NCBI GenBank assembly: GCA_002633005.1
Contig: NMRA01000012.1
Span: 586,487 to 650,486, forward strand
Origin: Phoronis australis
Taxonomy: Eukaryota > Animalia > Phoronida
Direction of reading: 5' to 3'
Length of the DNA: 64,000 bases
The position numbers and the translations under genes are program-made. Positions 40,801 through 52,519 of this stretch are shown piece by piece. Position 1 is the first letter of the stretch. Each line of letters begins with the position of its first letter. The notes beneath the pieces were generated by a model. The model did no database searches. It was not told where the DNA came from and saw only the letters and a program-made list of their open reading frames with translations.

Positions 40801-43800
40801 CCTTCCAACAAGTGTTGTACGAATCACTTAGTGTGATAAGACATTGCCGGATTCATTATTAGCAAAAATCAGTGAAAAGCGGTCTTTAAATGTAAAACAT
40901 TCACCCACGATTAGTGTTGTTCTTATGTTGACAAGTTCATTGTGACTTTATTATTCAATAGGTCAACAATGTTACATTTTTATGGTATTCTGCAGATATG
41001 GAATGCATGATATGTGTGTCTTAGTAACTATGTAATGTATCTATCCAAAACAGCACTAAAGAAATATTTAAGCAAATATCACAGAGCATTGATGATAACT
41101 TTAATTTTCGTGTTCATGTGTTTTTACAAATATATGACTTCAACTTAGAATTGTTTTGTTTATGGCACAATGGATACATGAATGATTAGACTGAGCCAGG
41201 AACGATTTTGTACATGATGGATTTCATTTGATAATTACAGAGATATAAAGTCAACACCACTTTTCCGATTTCACTCTGATTAGCATCCCTGTTTATGTCT
41301 GAGTGACCTTTCATTAGTCACAGTACAGAAACTTTATTAGTTGTGTCTTTTTGCTTGAAACCCCACAACCTGACTGCTAACTATGTGATTTGTGAGTTTA
41401 AAAAATCTTTTAGAATTTGAACAATAAAACTGAAAATGCCTTCGTAGTCTTGACCTTTATAAGCCTCTTTGTGAATATTTGCTTCAGCTGCTTTAAAAGG
41501 AAAGAAAAGATGTCTTGTTTTGTTTGATTCTGCGTTTCCTAAATTCTCAGGAAGTTAGGATGCAACGTGGTCAATAAGTGAAATTTTATTTTATCATTTT
41601 TCCATGAAACATATTAGCACAAAATTAAATGTTTCCCATTTTCATGTTTTGTTCCACAGATGCCACCAAGCAATGTTTTGGAAAACTGGACATTCATAAT
41701 GTTAGAAACCCTTGAAAAATGGAAAAGGGCATTGTTGCAATTATACTTGCCTGAAAGTGGTGATATTTTAGCGTAATTCTAACTTGAATGTTATATGTGT
41801 TTCATGACACCATTGTTCATTTCTCAGTTATTGTGTAACTCACTAGTGGGATTTTGATTGTAGGATTTGAAAGTGTTTGCATTTGAGAGTCCAACTTTAT
41901 CGGAACCAGGGAAGCGTATGTACCTCGTGTGTAGCTATGAGCACTTCTGGCATTATTACAGGTGAGAAAACTACCAGTTTTTTCCACGATTTAACTTTGA
42001 CTCATTCAAGGCTTCTGGCAGTCACATTCAGTGCACCTTGCAAAAGTGGCCGACTGACTGAATTTTTTTACTTACTTGAACATTTAAGTGACTACTTACT
42101 TGAGACTTCCACGTGATACCACACAACCAGGCTTACAAGCAAGGATCATATGAAAGTATATGTAGAAAGAGCTGTTTGAGCAATTTTCAATCCAATTACT
42201 CAGTAAACCCATTCTCATAGGCCTGGTTTGAAATAAGATAGGGGGTTAATTACGTCAGTAAACTTCATTTGCCCTGAGCACATTTCCTGAAGAGCATGGC
42301 AAAGCCAACCGAGGTGTACAAACATAGCATTTCATAACATTAAATGAGGTAGTAGTTTGTATGTGTGACACGCATTTTTGTAGTCAGTTGTCTGGAGACC
42401 AGCGACACCACTACGAAATCATACCAGAGGGTGCTGTCTGCAAGCTCTACTTTGACTTGGAGTTTTCAAAAGATCTCAACCCAGACCATGATGGTCATAA
42501 AATAGTGAAATTATTTATCAAGGTATGTTAGCATGATACCTGGGCATGGGGTCTAATGCCTGTACTGGAAATTTGTATCAAAAATTGACCATTTTCATGG
42601 TGCACTTTGAGTAAACATAGAAATTTCCACTCAAATAATGTGACATGACTGGTTAAATTTCAAGTCTGAGTGGAGTTGGTTGGAGTTCAGAGATTAGATC
42701 GTCTGCCTAAAATGGGTTTGTCAAGTTCTTCTTTTGGAATGCAAGGTTAATGTCACATCAGTCAGGCAAATTTCATGAGACACAATCAAGTTCTTACTAT
42801 GGACTGCATGTTTTCAACTGTCAATAACTGTGGTCATCCTCAGAACGATGTTTGAAAACATTAGTGAGAGTTAACATTCACTCTTCTTTTATTCCTGAAA
42901 ACTGCTTTGTCTGACATGATGTCTCTGTTAGTGTAGCCTTCTGTGTAGAGCACAAATTTCTTTGGGTTTAATGCCCATGTCAAGGACACTCAATTTTATC
43001 ACTTGACCATCAGTTTACTTTGTGTTGATCTGAATGTTATCAAAGCGCAGACCTTGTTAGTTGTCAATGTACCGCTTGTGCCTACTTGCAGTTTCTAGTC
43101 TATAAGCTTCATCAAGAGTTCGGTGTGGCCTGTGAACCAAGCCATATTCTTCAACTAGACTCAAGCTCTGACATCAAGTTTAGCCAACACCTTATCTTCA
43201 ATATTCCCAATGTGGCTTTCAAAGACAACGCACAAGCTGGTATGAAACCAGCGTTCAGTTTACAATGTACTATTATAGCTCAGTTTGTCCATTCAGACTG
43301 ATATATTTTAGTAAAAGGTGTTTATGCGACGCTTAGTCACTACAAAACATGGTAGGGACATTCACTTTACCTTTGGTATGCATTCACCAATTACCTGTTA
43401 CGAATGTGTTTATTCAGTACAAATATATTTGGTATTATATCATTTGACACAATGACTGCATCCAATGGTGTGGTCCAGTTAGCTATGCAATCCAATTTTT
43501 GTGTTTATAGTTCTGTACTTCGTTTTAAAAATTCTTAAATGGAACTGCTTTTGCCATAGAAATGTAACTGTTGTTCAAACGTTATGTTAGCAGCTGTTGA
43601 TATTTTTACCTAAGATGTCATTGTACTTTTATTCTAGATAATTCTTTCTTTATGCTCTCAGACTCACGTCTACTAAATATTTAATTTGTTATTTTTAGGT
43701 ATATTTGTTCAGCATGTTGTGGGTGATATATGGAAGACAGTGAGAGCCAATGATGGCCAAAATAGTAAAACAAACTGCGAGTGTTATAAGCAAGACATGG

Positions 43801-46800
43801 CTGAAGGCACGACAAATCCAGGGCCGTCAATGCAAAACACCATGATGGATTGTTGTGTTCAAAACATAGTCACAGACTATGAAACAACAGAAGTTACTTC
43901 CCCATACTTTAAGACAAGCACTAGACTGCCACTTGATGACGACATTATCACTGATGCTACTGAAAGGGTGAATGTATGGTCTTGGGCACCTTGTGCTAAC
44001 TGCCTGAGTCAACTGGTTGTTAAGGACAAGAACAACAGGGAAACATTGCTTTGTGACACAGGTGATTGTTTTGTGTGGAGAATTGGAGTGTCGTTGGTAA
44101 TCATAAGAATTGGACTAAATCTTTTGTTATTTTGCACAAATTATTTTGTCAAAATGGTAATTTTTAATTCTTGAAAGGCCGACTGTAATGTCACAAATAA
44201 CGAAAAATTTACCAAGAGTCATTTTAGGACACCTGTACGATACTGGTGGTCCAATGCTTAAATTGCACTGGACGTGTACTGGCAACATAGGTCCGGCCTG
44301 TTGCACAAAACACCTGATTTGCAACTTGTGAGAATACTCTTACGTTTAAATATTATTGTCATTAAGCTCTTCTGGAGAGAGGTTCTGAAAGTTTGTAGCC
44401 ATGAAGGCCACTTTCACCTATATTATGGAGAAAACACAGTTTTCGTAATTTTAATTTTTGTTGAGAAGTTTATCTATATGAAATTCCAAGTGCTAGGTGA
44501 AAAATCACAGTATGCTTGACATTTGAGAATCTCAATATATATAACAAAATACCCCTGAATATTCAGTGACCTGATGACCAAGTTGATAGTTGCAACATTA
44601 TCATTTATCAAACTTGCTAGTGTGATCAGAGGTCTCTCCACCAACTGGTCGTCATCCAATGACATTCAACTTATGTTTTAGTTGGGTATAGAATTTGTGG
44701 GGTTGCTTTTCATGAAACTAGTCTTAGTTTGTAATATCTGGTGCATATTGATGGTGAATAAAAATACTGCTAAAATATTAATTGCAAAAGTATCCGTTTT
44801 TTGGCTGGATCTGAAAGTTCAGGTACGTGGAGTGGGGTAAAGAATTTGCACCTTAACTTGGCTTTGTACTTGTAAGTGATATTCAGCTTGTTTTGAGAAC
44901 ATTTACTTGTCCTGTGATACATTGGTAAAAGGCACCATGGGATTGTTTATAAAGTCTTGTCTTAAAGATTCTTTTTCCACTTAATTTTGGTTAAAAACTT
45001 TCTGAAACAAATTTTAATGCAAACCAATTTTCCCGGAACGTATTCTCAAGTAATGCTTTTCACTCTATTAAAGTTCATTTTTTTCAAAACTAAGCATAAT
45101 TTAATAGAGTATTCTTAAGTTTAGTGTTGAATTTCTGATGGTGCACCAGCAAAATGGCTGCCACAGTTGAATACTGTAATTTACGGAATGTTCTTACTTT
45201 TATGATATCTTTTGATTGATGAGGCTCGTTGCAGGTTCTTAACTAGTGGAAATAAAGGAAAAGTATAATAAAATTATTACCAAAGTATGTTATTCTGTGA
45301 ATCACATAATGAATGTTATTACTCAGCCACAACCACTGATACTCCTGTCCCTTGATTGGCTGAAAAGTGACATGATAATTTCTAATATAGCGTAACGTTG
45401 ACCAATTTAGTGTGGACTTTTCGTTTGTGTCACCCGAATATCAGATGTCGTTTTTTCAATCTGACTAATCAGACGTAGAAACCAAAACTCTGACCACGAA
45501 GCAAGCAGATGACGTCAGCGTGTCAAAGCAAACAAGCTAATCTGAGATGAAAAATCAGAGGAGTCATCAGTGGTTGTAATAAAAAATATACACCGATCCC
45601 TCGGGTGCATCAGTTTCATGTGACCTGATATCACCCCTGGGATTGGCCCATATTTGTATATTATCCGTAACAACTGTGAAAACAATACGATGTCATACCT
45701 AGGCTTTTACTGCTAAACTTCATATCGATAATTGATAATGGTGTGCAGAACTTATATCAAGCTTGCTTGTCGTTCTGATGGCAAGAGGACAACACAATAA
45801 TTGTGTCAGGACATGTGGCGATATATTGCATGCCAAAACTATTCAGACAAAATGAGATTCCCTGTCATGATGGCTGGGTGGAACCTGAATTCATTTTCAG
45901 AGTAGTCTCCCCTGATGACAGAATGACAGGGGAGTTAACAGGAAAGTTAGTAAGGTGGCTAAGTCGTTCTGTCATTAGAATTTTGCTGCGTAATAGTTAT
46001 TAAGATGGATTTTTGCGGTTAACAGAATTAGCTGTCATGACTGGAAAATGGTATTTGGTCTGATTACTTTTGTCTTGTACTGTATGTTTAAATGAATAAG
46101 GTATGTGCCATATGTAATTGTTACCTTGAGTTGAAGGTTGTTGTAAGTTAGTTTAGAGACATCTTTTCTATTTCAGGCGTTTATACTAAAAATCGTAATT
46201 TCCGAGTGTATCTATCCAGCAAGATTGGAAAGAACAGACCTCTTGTTGTAGGCAAGAACAATATCTTCCATCCCCGTGACTGGAATGCTGAAGCCAGTCA
46301 ACAGAACAAGTTGCTCTTCATGGAATCACTTGTCAGCAATGTTAGGTAAAAATAACTTCATTTTCAATTGATTTCTGTCTTTATGCTTGCTGAGACCTAC
46401 TTCCAGTTGAACTCAATAAATATCCAATCCACGTCTGTTGCTATCATGCATTGTGTAAATAAATAAATATCACTATTTACAGTATTGGCACTAACTGCTG
46501 GAGTAATCCATCTATCAACAATAAAATGGTTCACAATTGACTGCAGATATAAAGCAATCTTCATGGTGTAACATTTTCTTTTTGTCTGTGTCTTCGGTTT
46601 GTAGCGAGGCTCATTCAGGTTATGCAACTCACATACAGACACAATGTACGGTAATTCTCCTCTTAATTTGTGCAATTTTAATTTTTCCATTTTTCAAAGG
46701 CTGATTACAGCAAATAATGGAAAATTTACAAAAAGTTTATGATATCTATACTGTAAAAAACAGGCTAGTGATAGACTAAAATTTTCTTAATCTTTATGTT

Positions 46801-49614
46801 TTGTGGAGAGACAAAATAAAATTTCACTTGCCTGCCACATTGTTTATTAATTAAGTAAAGACATGCCGTACATATTAGCTGTGTTGATTGTTGCTATGCA
46901 GTGTATGATCACTTTGTAGGTTCACTGAGAAACTACGTGTCTTGTCATACGAGACGGAGTCAGAAAGCAGATCTTCCAATGAATGGACAAACGCTGGTGC
47001 TTCAAAATCTCAACAGAGGGCAGGTGAATAAAAATTTTGCTTTAGTTATTTTGTTTATACTTGCATCTAAAATGAAAACTGTGAAATAGGCTGATTAGTT
47101 CTTAATGAACTAGTGCCAATAATTATGGATTTTTGTCACCACGAGAAATTGATGAATCAGTTGGTATTGAAACGAATCAGTCTAATGTTTGGAGGGTTCG
47201 CTTATCCTAGTCAAAGTCAATGGCCTTTTGACATTTATTTCTTCATGTTGATGATGTATTTGAGACGGCAATCATTTTTTACCATGGCATGGAAAAGTTT
47301 GAGATACTCTGTATGGTTGACTATCCTGGTTCCTGTTTTAGCCAGTGAGTATGAGTCATATGTCAGTTTAAAGTTGCTGAGTTATTATTAGAGAGTCTCC
47401 GTTTGTTCAAACACTGTTGTGGTAGCCTAATACATTCATCACTTAGGTTCATTGTACCGTGCCAAACTCGTCAAGATCAATGGCTGCGTTCAACTAAATC
47501 CCTGCCAGTGGCAACCAGTTCTCACTTTTAAGTGGTGCCTACTGCTGAGCCAAGTGACTCCATAAATTTGTTTTCACAAGTGTCTGATCTTCAATTTACG
47601 CACCAAATGCTTCTCCTCAAAGTTGTTTGAATATGATGGTATCCGTTTGATGTTTGTCATTAATGATGAAGACACATGAATCTTTCATGCTATCAGAAAT
47701 ACCAGGTAAATGCTTTTTTAGTTGCCATGTTTTCATTCAACTAGCCTTAATTTATTTAGGAACTATACCTTTGGCACATTTCGAATTGCAAGACACGTGC
47801 GGCATGAAATCTTGCTTATAGAATGAAAGCAGAGAATTCTATCCCAGAATTCAACATTCCAGACTTGCCGTCACTTCAGTGGCTGCTATTTTGCTAGCGT
47901 ACAGTAGTAAGATCCTGATTGTACTAGCGTGATTTTACTTTTTCTTGAGTGTCAGCTCCTAGATGTCAGATCTTAGCCAGAAAATCAAATATTTTGCCTT
48001 TGTAGAGCAATAATTACTATCGTAATCACGTCTTTATGAACAAAACGTCCAAATAATAAAGCATAAAAGGACAGGCAAAGAAACACGCTCATTTTAGTTG
48101 TGTGCACTTGTCTGTTTTCTTAGATTGTCCACCTATGGGAGGTTCTGGTACTAATTCATGCTCGCCTTACCCTGAGATTGATAGCTTTGTGTGCAGTCAC
48201 GTGATCAACAAAGGAGGTGTGCAGGGAAGCATACGTCGTTGGCTATACTTCAGCAAAGGCGAGCTGTTGCTGTATGATATCTCGACCAACAGGTGGTGTG
48301 GCAATGTTGGGCGACAACATAAGAGCAACAATATCTTGTGAGTGCATTCAACAGATTATTTTTAAAGGATGGTTGAGCTTTCCATGGTGATGAATTGTTT
48401 GATTTTGTTAAAGGAACAATAAAACTACATCTTCTGTAGGAAACCAACTTTTGATTTAGGCCTTTTTAACAGTTATAAAATTGGTCTCATCTTGTTTCTT
48501 ATGTCTTGATATTAACTGACAGATTGTTTTTTCTTCAGACCACACCCATTAATTTGGTTGCCATGACAGAACAGTTTCAGTTGCCAAGACAGCATAATCA
48601 TCAAGTAAACTTGATTTTTTTGTGAACAGTTTCAATAGATCCATTGTGTATTATACGCTGTATTTACCCACAATGCCGCAATATCCGTCAAAGCACTTTT
48701 GCAGCCAGTCTTTTTTGTGCCGCATGTTTTTTTGTTGTTTTTGTATTTACATGTTTTTCTCGGCTGCTTTACTCTATTTGTCCTTCCAATGCCAACGGCA
48801 TATTAGGTCACCAATTACACCAGCAGTCGCTGTGCTTTGAAAGACCTTAATATGTAACTTGATACAATAGATTTCATTAAGCTTTCATTTTTCAGGATCG
48901 TTGTGAGTGTAAAAGAAGGTTTTTACTACCAGAAATGCCATGACCCAGACTGTAAACAGATTGATTACAAGTCACCAAGTATGAATTTGAACACATAATA
49001 TGGTTAACCAGGAACACATGAAGGGTTCTGGTACAGTTGTCTGTCAATAACAAAAGTTAGCTGAAAGTGATCAATAGGTTGATTAGTTTGAACTGTAGTT
49101 AATTAACTAACAAATATGACATCACTTTGTTTTCATAAATGTAGAGTAGTTGGGTAAATTTACTTTTCAATAAATTGTTAGAAAATCGTCATATTGATGA
49201 TGCCTTTCTATTTTTACGTTGCAGTGTTACTTGATCTTATTTGCAGATTACAGCTTGCCAAGGGAGATTTTACCACAAGTTATATGTATGGATGACAGTG
49301 GTTTTGACGATGACTTCATTGGTGTTAATGATCTGAGTGATTGTGAGTTACTGACAGCTATCCATAGTTTAGAGATGCCTCAGTCGATTCCTGAACAGCA
49401 CGAGTCCTGTGATGTAACAGACTATGATCTGATGAAGGCTGTGTTGGAGTTAGAAACTTCGTGTAGCAGCAACAGTCCTGATGTTCAGTCCAGTGTAACG
49501 AATGATACATCAAGGTGTGAAAACCTTTTGAAAAGTAGTGGACACGAGACGGGTGCTCATGAGTTCAGTTGTGAAATTACTGACAGTGAATTATTAAATG
49601 CTGCTGATTGGTAA
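34765..49614 (+). CDS. PRIMPOL: DNA-directed primase/polymerase PrimPol, 12 coding exons, 637 aa; join(34765..34835, 38461..38538, 40213..40291, 41864..41961, 42384..42522, 43092..43239, 43699..44061, 46177..46345, 46920..47023, 48124..48337, 48896..48978, 49247..49614)
   Basis: All introns are GT-AG with compatible phases, total 1914 nt. Motifs: FYRQQEAF, FWHYY, HYEIIPEGAVCKLYFDLEF (motif I DxE), KFSQHLIF (motif II SxH), LLCDTGVYTKNRNFR (motif III), zinc finger RWCGNVGRQHKSNN...QKCHDPDC, acidic C-terminus. Confidence 0.95.
34944..35572. mobile_element. Non-autonomous foldback DNA transposon (hAT/P-like), 629 bp, in PRIMPOL intron 1
   Basis: Termini CAAAGGCGTCCTCAGCT...AGCTGAGGACGCCTGTG; long imperfect inverted arms (about 34944-35133 with 35379-35572, and 35216-35266 with 35329-35380); exact 8-bp flanking duplication GGTTTAGC at 34936-34943 and 35573-35580. 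Confidence 0.85.
36312..36329. repeat. (TA)n microsatellite
   Basis: Direct reading of the TA run. Confidence 0.8.
38461..38538 (+). CDS. PRIMPOL: PRIMPOL exon 2
   Basis: Acceptor TTGGTTTTAG; IDWETRLEHAERKLKTAPVIKQYRSR resembles the vertebrate N-helix WEAKL...YRPR. Confidence 0.88.
39187..39203. repeat. (ATT)n microsatellite
   Basis: ATTATTATTATTATTA run, which produces the poly-Tyr in a spurious ORF. Confidence 0.75.
40213..40291 (+). CDS. PRIMPOL: PRIMPOL exon 3
   Basis: LDAPCILRQTFYRQQEAFDFAHLSSQ (conserved RQ motif); TTTCAG / GTTTGT boundaries. Confidence 0.92.
41864..41961 (+). CDS. PRIMPOL: PRIMPOL exon 4
   Basis: DLKVFAFESPTLSEPGKRMYLVCSYEHFWHYY; TAG / GTGAG boundaries. Confidence 0.94.
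42384..42522 (+). CDS. PRIMPOL: PRIMPOL exon 5 (AEP motif I)
   Basis: HHYEIIPEGAVCKLYFDLEFSKDLNPDHDG; TAG / GTATG boundaries. Confidence 0.96.
43092..43239 (+). CDS. PRIMPOL: PRIMPOL exon 6 (AEP motif II)
   Basis: LQLDSSSDIKFSQHLIFNIPNVAFKDN; CAG / GTATG boundaries. Confidence 0.96.
43699..44061 (+). CDS. PRIMPOL: PRIMPOL exon 7 (variable insert and start of motif III)
   Basis: Open 363-nt frame, GIFVQHVV...LSQLVVKDKNNRETLLCDTG; TTTTAG / GTGAT boundaries. Confidence 0.88.
45316..45665. mobile_element. Possible Crypton-like non-autonomous element in PRIMPOL intron 7
   Basis: Inverted TTATTA..ACAACCACTGAT (45316-45340) and ATCAGTGGTTGTAATAA (45566-45582), followed by a small GC hairpin CACC..GGTG. 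Family assignment is by recalled architecture only. Confidence 0.35.
46177..46345 (+). CDS. PRIMPOL: PRIMPOL exon 8
   Basis: VYTKNRNFRVYLSSKIGKNRPL...FMESLVSNV; TTTCAG / GTAAA boundaries. Confidence 0.96.
46920..47023 (+). CDS. PRIMPOL: PRIMPOL exon 9
   Basis: RFTEKLRVLSYE... resembles vertebrate RFSDTLRILTCE; phases 2 and 1 fit the neighbouring exons. Confidence 0.88.
48124..48337 (+). CDS. PRIMPOL: PRIMPOL exon 10 (zinc finger, first half)
   Basis: SPYPEIDSFV...GSIRRWLYF...RWCGNVGRQHKSNNI; TAG / GTGAGT boundaries. Confidence 0.96.
48896..48978 (+). CDS. PRIMPOL: PRIMPOL exon 11 (zinc finger, second half)
   Basis: IVVSVKEGFYYQKCHDPDCKQIDYKSP; TTCAG / GTATG boundaries. Confidence 0.96.
49247..49614 (+). 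CDS. PRIMPOL: PRIMPOL exon 12 (acidic C-terminus)
   Basis: YSLPREIL...DDSGFDDDF...EITDSELLNAADW*; acceptor TTGCAG in phase 1, stop TAA at 49612-49614. Confidence 0.9.
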
Positions 49615-50212
49615 TTGTTTACTTGATTATTTAATCACATGGAAGTTCCATATCAGATCCGATCCATTTGCAGACGAAAATAGTCGTATCGAACGACGGT
49701 TGGTGGATTTTCGGAAGCATAATCCGGACTTTGACGTCAAAAATAATCATACGGTGCACCAATGGCTGAAGTTAAGATATCTGTAATGCTTGACCAATTT
49801 CCTAATTGCATCTATCGGCTGATCATTAGACAGTGTGACTTGATATCATTTGCTAACTTGATAGTTTTTGCATGAATGTGCAAATTGTTATTGTGGTGTG
49901 TTAGAGTAACATTGCTTTCACATCTTTAAAGTGTGAACACCACTTTCCAATCTGATAAAACTTGCCCAGTCATACTCAGGGATTGGAACAGAGCCCCATG
50001 GACAGGATCGGCTGATGTGTGACTTTGGCATTAGATGTCAAAATTACTGCAACTCATTGCTTAAGTAAATTTTTTGTGCCTATCTGGCACCTGTCTTATG
50101 GACTGGTGTCTATGTCAACAAGTGTTAAGTAGAACCTAACCTAAAGGGTTAGAAAGTTTATTTTGTTTATTTGTTCATTTATTATATAGTTAATATGTTT
50201 ATTATTTGTGCA

Positions 50213-50218
50213 ATTAAA
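50213..50218 (+). terminator. Candidate PRIMPOL polyadenylation signal ATTAAA
   Basis: About 600 nt downstream of the stop codon, preceded by a T-rich tract and followed by a pyrimidine-rich tract. Confidence 0.3.
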
Positions 50219-50606
50219 AGTCTCTCCCTTTTCTCATTTTGATCTCTCACCTTTTGTCTGCGATATGAACATTAACATGAAATTGACATTTATTTAAGAG
50301 ATTGGTATAAATCTGAATTCCAATTTAACAACCCCCAGTTGGAATGCATTTGAATTATGCTCTGCATTGCTTGCAGTTTGTTCATGTGAAATTTTAACTC
50401 AAAGACAATTTGTCAGCCTTTGATTTTATTACTTAAATCTGCTCCCAACCCACTTTCTGTGAAAAATCTAACTTTTGATTTTGACCACTTACTGGTACAA
50501 AATTGTTAATTACTCAAACCAGATGTGATTTCTGGGATTGTAAAGAAATAACCATTCATTATTGCTCGAGATGAGGCTCTATATGTTGGTTTGAACTGGC
50601 AGATCA

Positions 50607-52519
50607 TTTTGATGCACCCACATATTTATATGTGGACGCATTATGCCCTCGTCTGTGTCCGTCCGGGCGGCATCTGTCTGGCGTCCGCTGCTCTATCTCC
50701 AAAACCAATTGACGTATGTTCATGAAATTTTGCACATGTGTTCCTTTCATGAATGGGACGGCATGAGCGAACATTCGGACGGATCCGACTACCGGTGTGC
50801 CCCCCAGGGGCAATTTTAGTTTTTTACGTTTACCTCTGTATCTTCAAATGTTCTCTACTAATTTTCATAAAATTTGGTATATAGGCATATATTAGTGAGA
50901 CGACAGTATACTCCCGTTTTCGGATGGATTCGACATAGTTTGTGCCACCTAGTGGCCATTTTTACTGTTTTCAAGTCTGTTTTTTAACGTCCACTCCTCT
51001 ATCAACCAAACCGCTTTAAGCATGATTGTGAAAATTGGCATGTACTGTATGTTCTTACTATGAAGAGGATGGTTGACGATGATTTTCCGACGATTTAGAC
51101 TACTGTGGCGCCTCCTAGTGGCACTTTTGTTTTTTTTTGCGCTTATGGCTATATCTCCTAAACCGTTTGCAGCATCTTTACTAAATTTAGTAAGTGCATT
51201 TATATGATGTTGACAATAGACCATGACGACTTTCAAACAAATCTGACAACTGGTGTGCCACCTAGTGGCAATTTTATTTTATTTTTTTATGTTCACCTTT
51301 GTATCTTCAAAAGTCCTCAACATAATTTCATAAAATTTGGTGTACAGGCGTGAGATGACGCTGTCTTTCTGTTTTCAGATGGATTCGACCTAGTATGCAC
51401 CACCTAGTGGCCATTTTCATGCGCCCACATTTTTATATGTGGACGCATTATGCCGTAATCTGTGTCTGTTCATCCGTCCATCCGGGCGGCGTCCGTTCGG
51501 CGTCCAGCGTCCGCTGCTCTATCTCCGAAACCGATTGACACATGTTCATGAAATTTTGCACGTGTTCTTTCTTTGGATGGGACGGCATGAGCGAACTACC
51601 ACTCTAAGCATGATTGTGAAAATTGGCATGTATGTTCTATGAAGAGGACGGTTGACGATGATTTTCCGATGACTTCGACTATTGTGGCGCTTCCTAGTGG
51701 TAGTTTCTTTTTTTTGCACCCATAGCTGTATCTCCTAAACTGTTTGCAGGATCTTTACTAAATTTAAGAAGTGTGTTTATATGATATTGACAACGGACAG
51801 CGATGATTTTGGATGGATCTGACTACTGGTATGCCCCCTGGTGGCAATCTTAGTTTTACGTTTACCTCCGTAGCTTAAAGGTCCTCAACAGATTTTCATA
51901 AAATTTTGAATACGGGCATCTATTGGTGAGATGACGCTATCCAGTCCCGTTTTCGGATGAAATCAAGGTACTTTGCGCCAGCTAGTGGCTATTTTTGCTG
52001 TTTTCGAGTCTGTTTTTGGCGTCTACCTATCTATCAACCAAATTATTTTAAGGATGGTTTTGAAAACTGGCATATATGTGCTCAGTGTGAAGAGGACGGT
52101 TGATGACGACTTTGACTACTCTGGCGCTACGGTAGTTTTGTTTTGTTTTGCGCCCATAGCTGTATCTCCTAAACCCACAGCAGGATCTTTATTAAATTTT
52201 GTAAGTATATTTATATGAAGCTAACAACAGACAATGACGTTTTTCAGGCCGATCCAATGAACACTGTGCCTCCTAGTGGCAATTTCATTTTATTCTGTTT
52301 TCCTTAATTTGTTTCTCTGAACTTCCGTGATGGATTTCTATGAAATTTGGTGTGCAGCTTGCTATTAAAGAAGCAAGGACATGTTCCCATTTTCGGATGC
52401 ATTGTATGTTTTTGCGCCATCTAGTGACCATTTTTATGACACAAATAACCAACCCTAAAAGCACACCATTTGCGATGCATTCGTGGGCGCATTTCAACGC
52501 TTGAAGTTGCTCTTGTTTT
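50607..52519 (+). mobile_element. Helentron-associated (HINE/DINE-1-like) element with duplicated 5' end and internal tandem subrepeats
   Basis: 5' ATGC(A/G)CCCACAT...ATGTGGACGCAT hairpin at about 50612 and about 51419, each followed by GTCC-like microsatellite; recurring CCACCTAGTGGC subrepeats; 3' subterminal inverted copy GTGGGCGCAT (52483-52492), hairpin TTCAACGCTTGAA, then GCTCTTGTTTT. Confidence 0.75.

Noticed and set aside
50880-52430. Recurring CCACCTAGTGGC motifs as a CRISPR array or CTCF-site cluster
   Set aside because: The intervening sequences are homologous to each other rather than unique spacers, the context is eukaryotic with no cas genes, and the motifs lie inside a HINE-like element. 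The resemblance to a CTCF core is untested.
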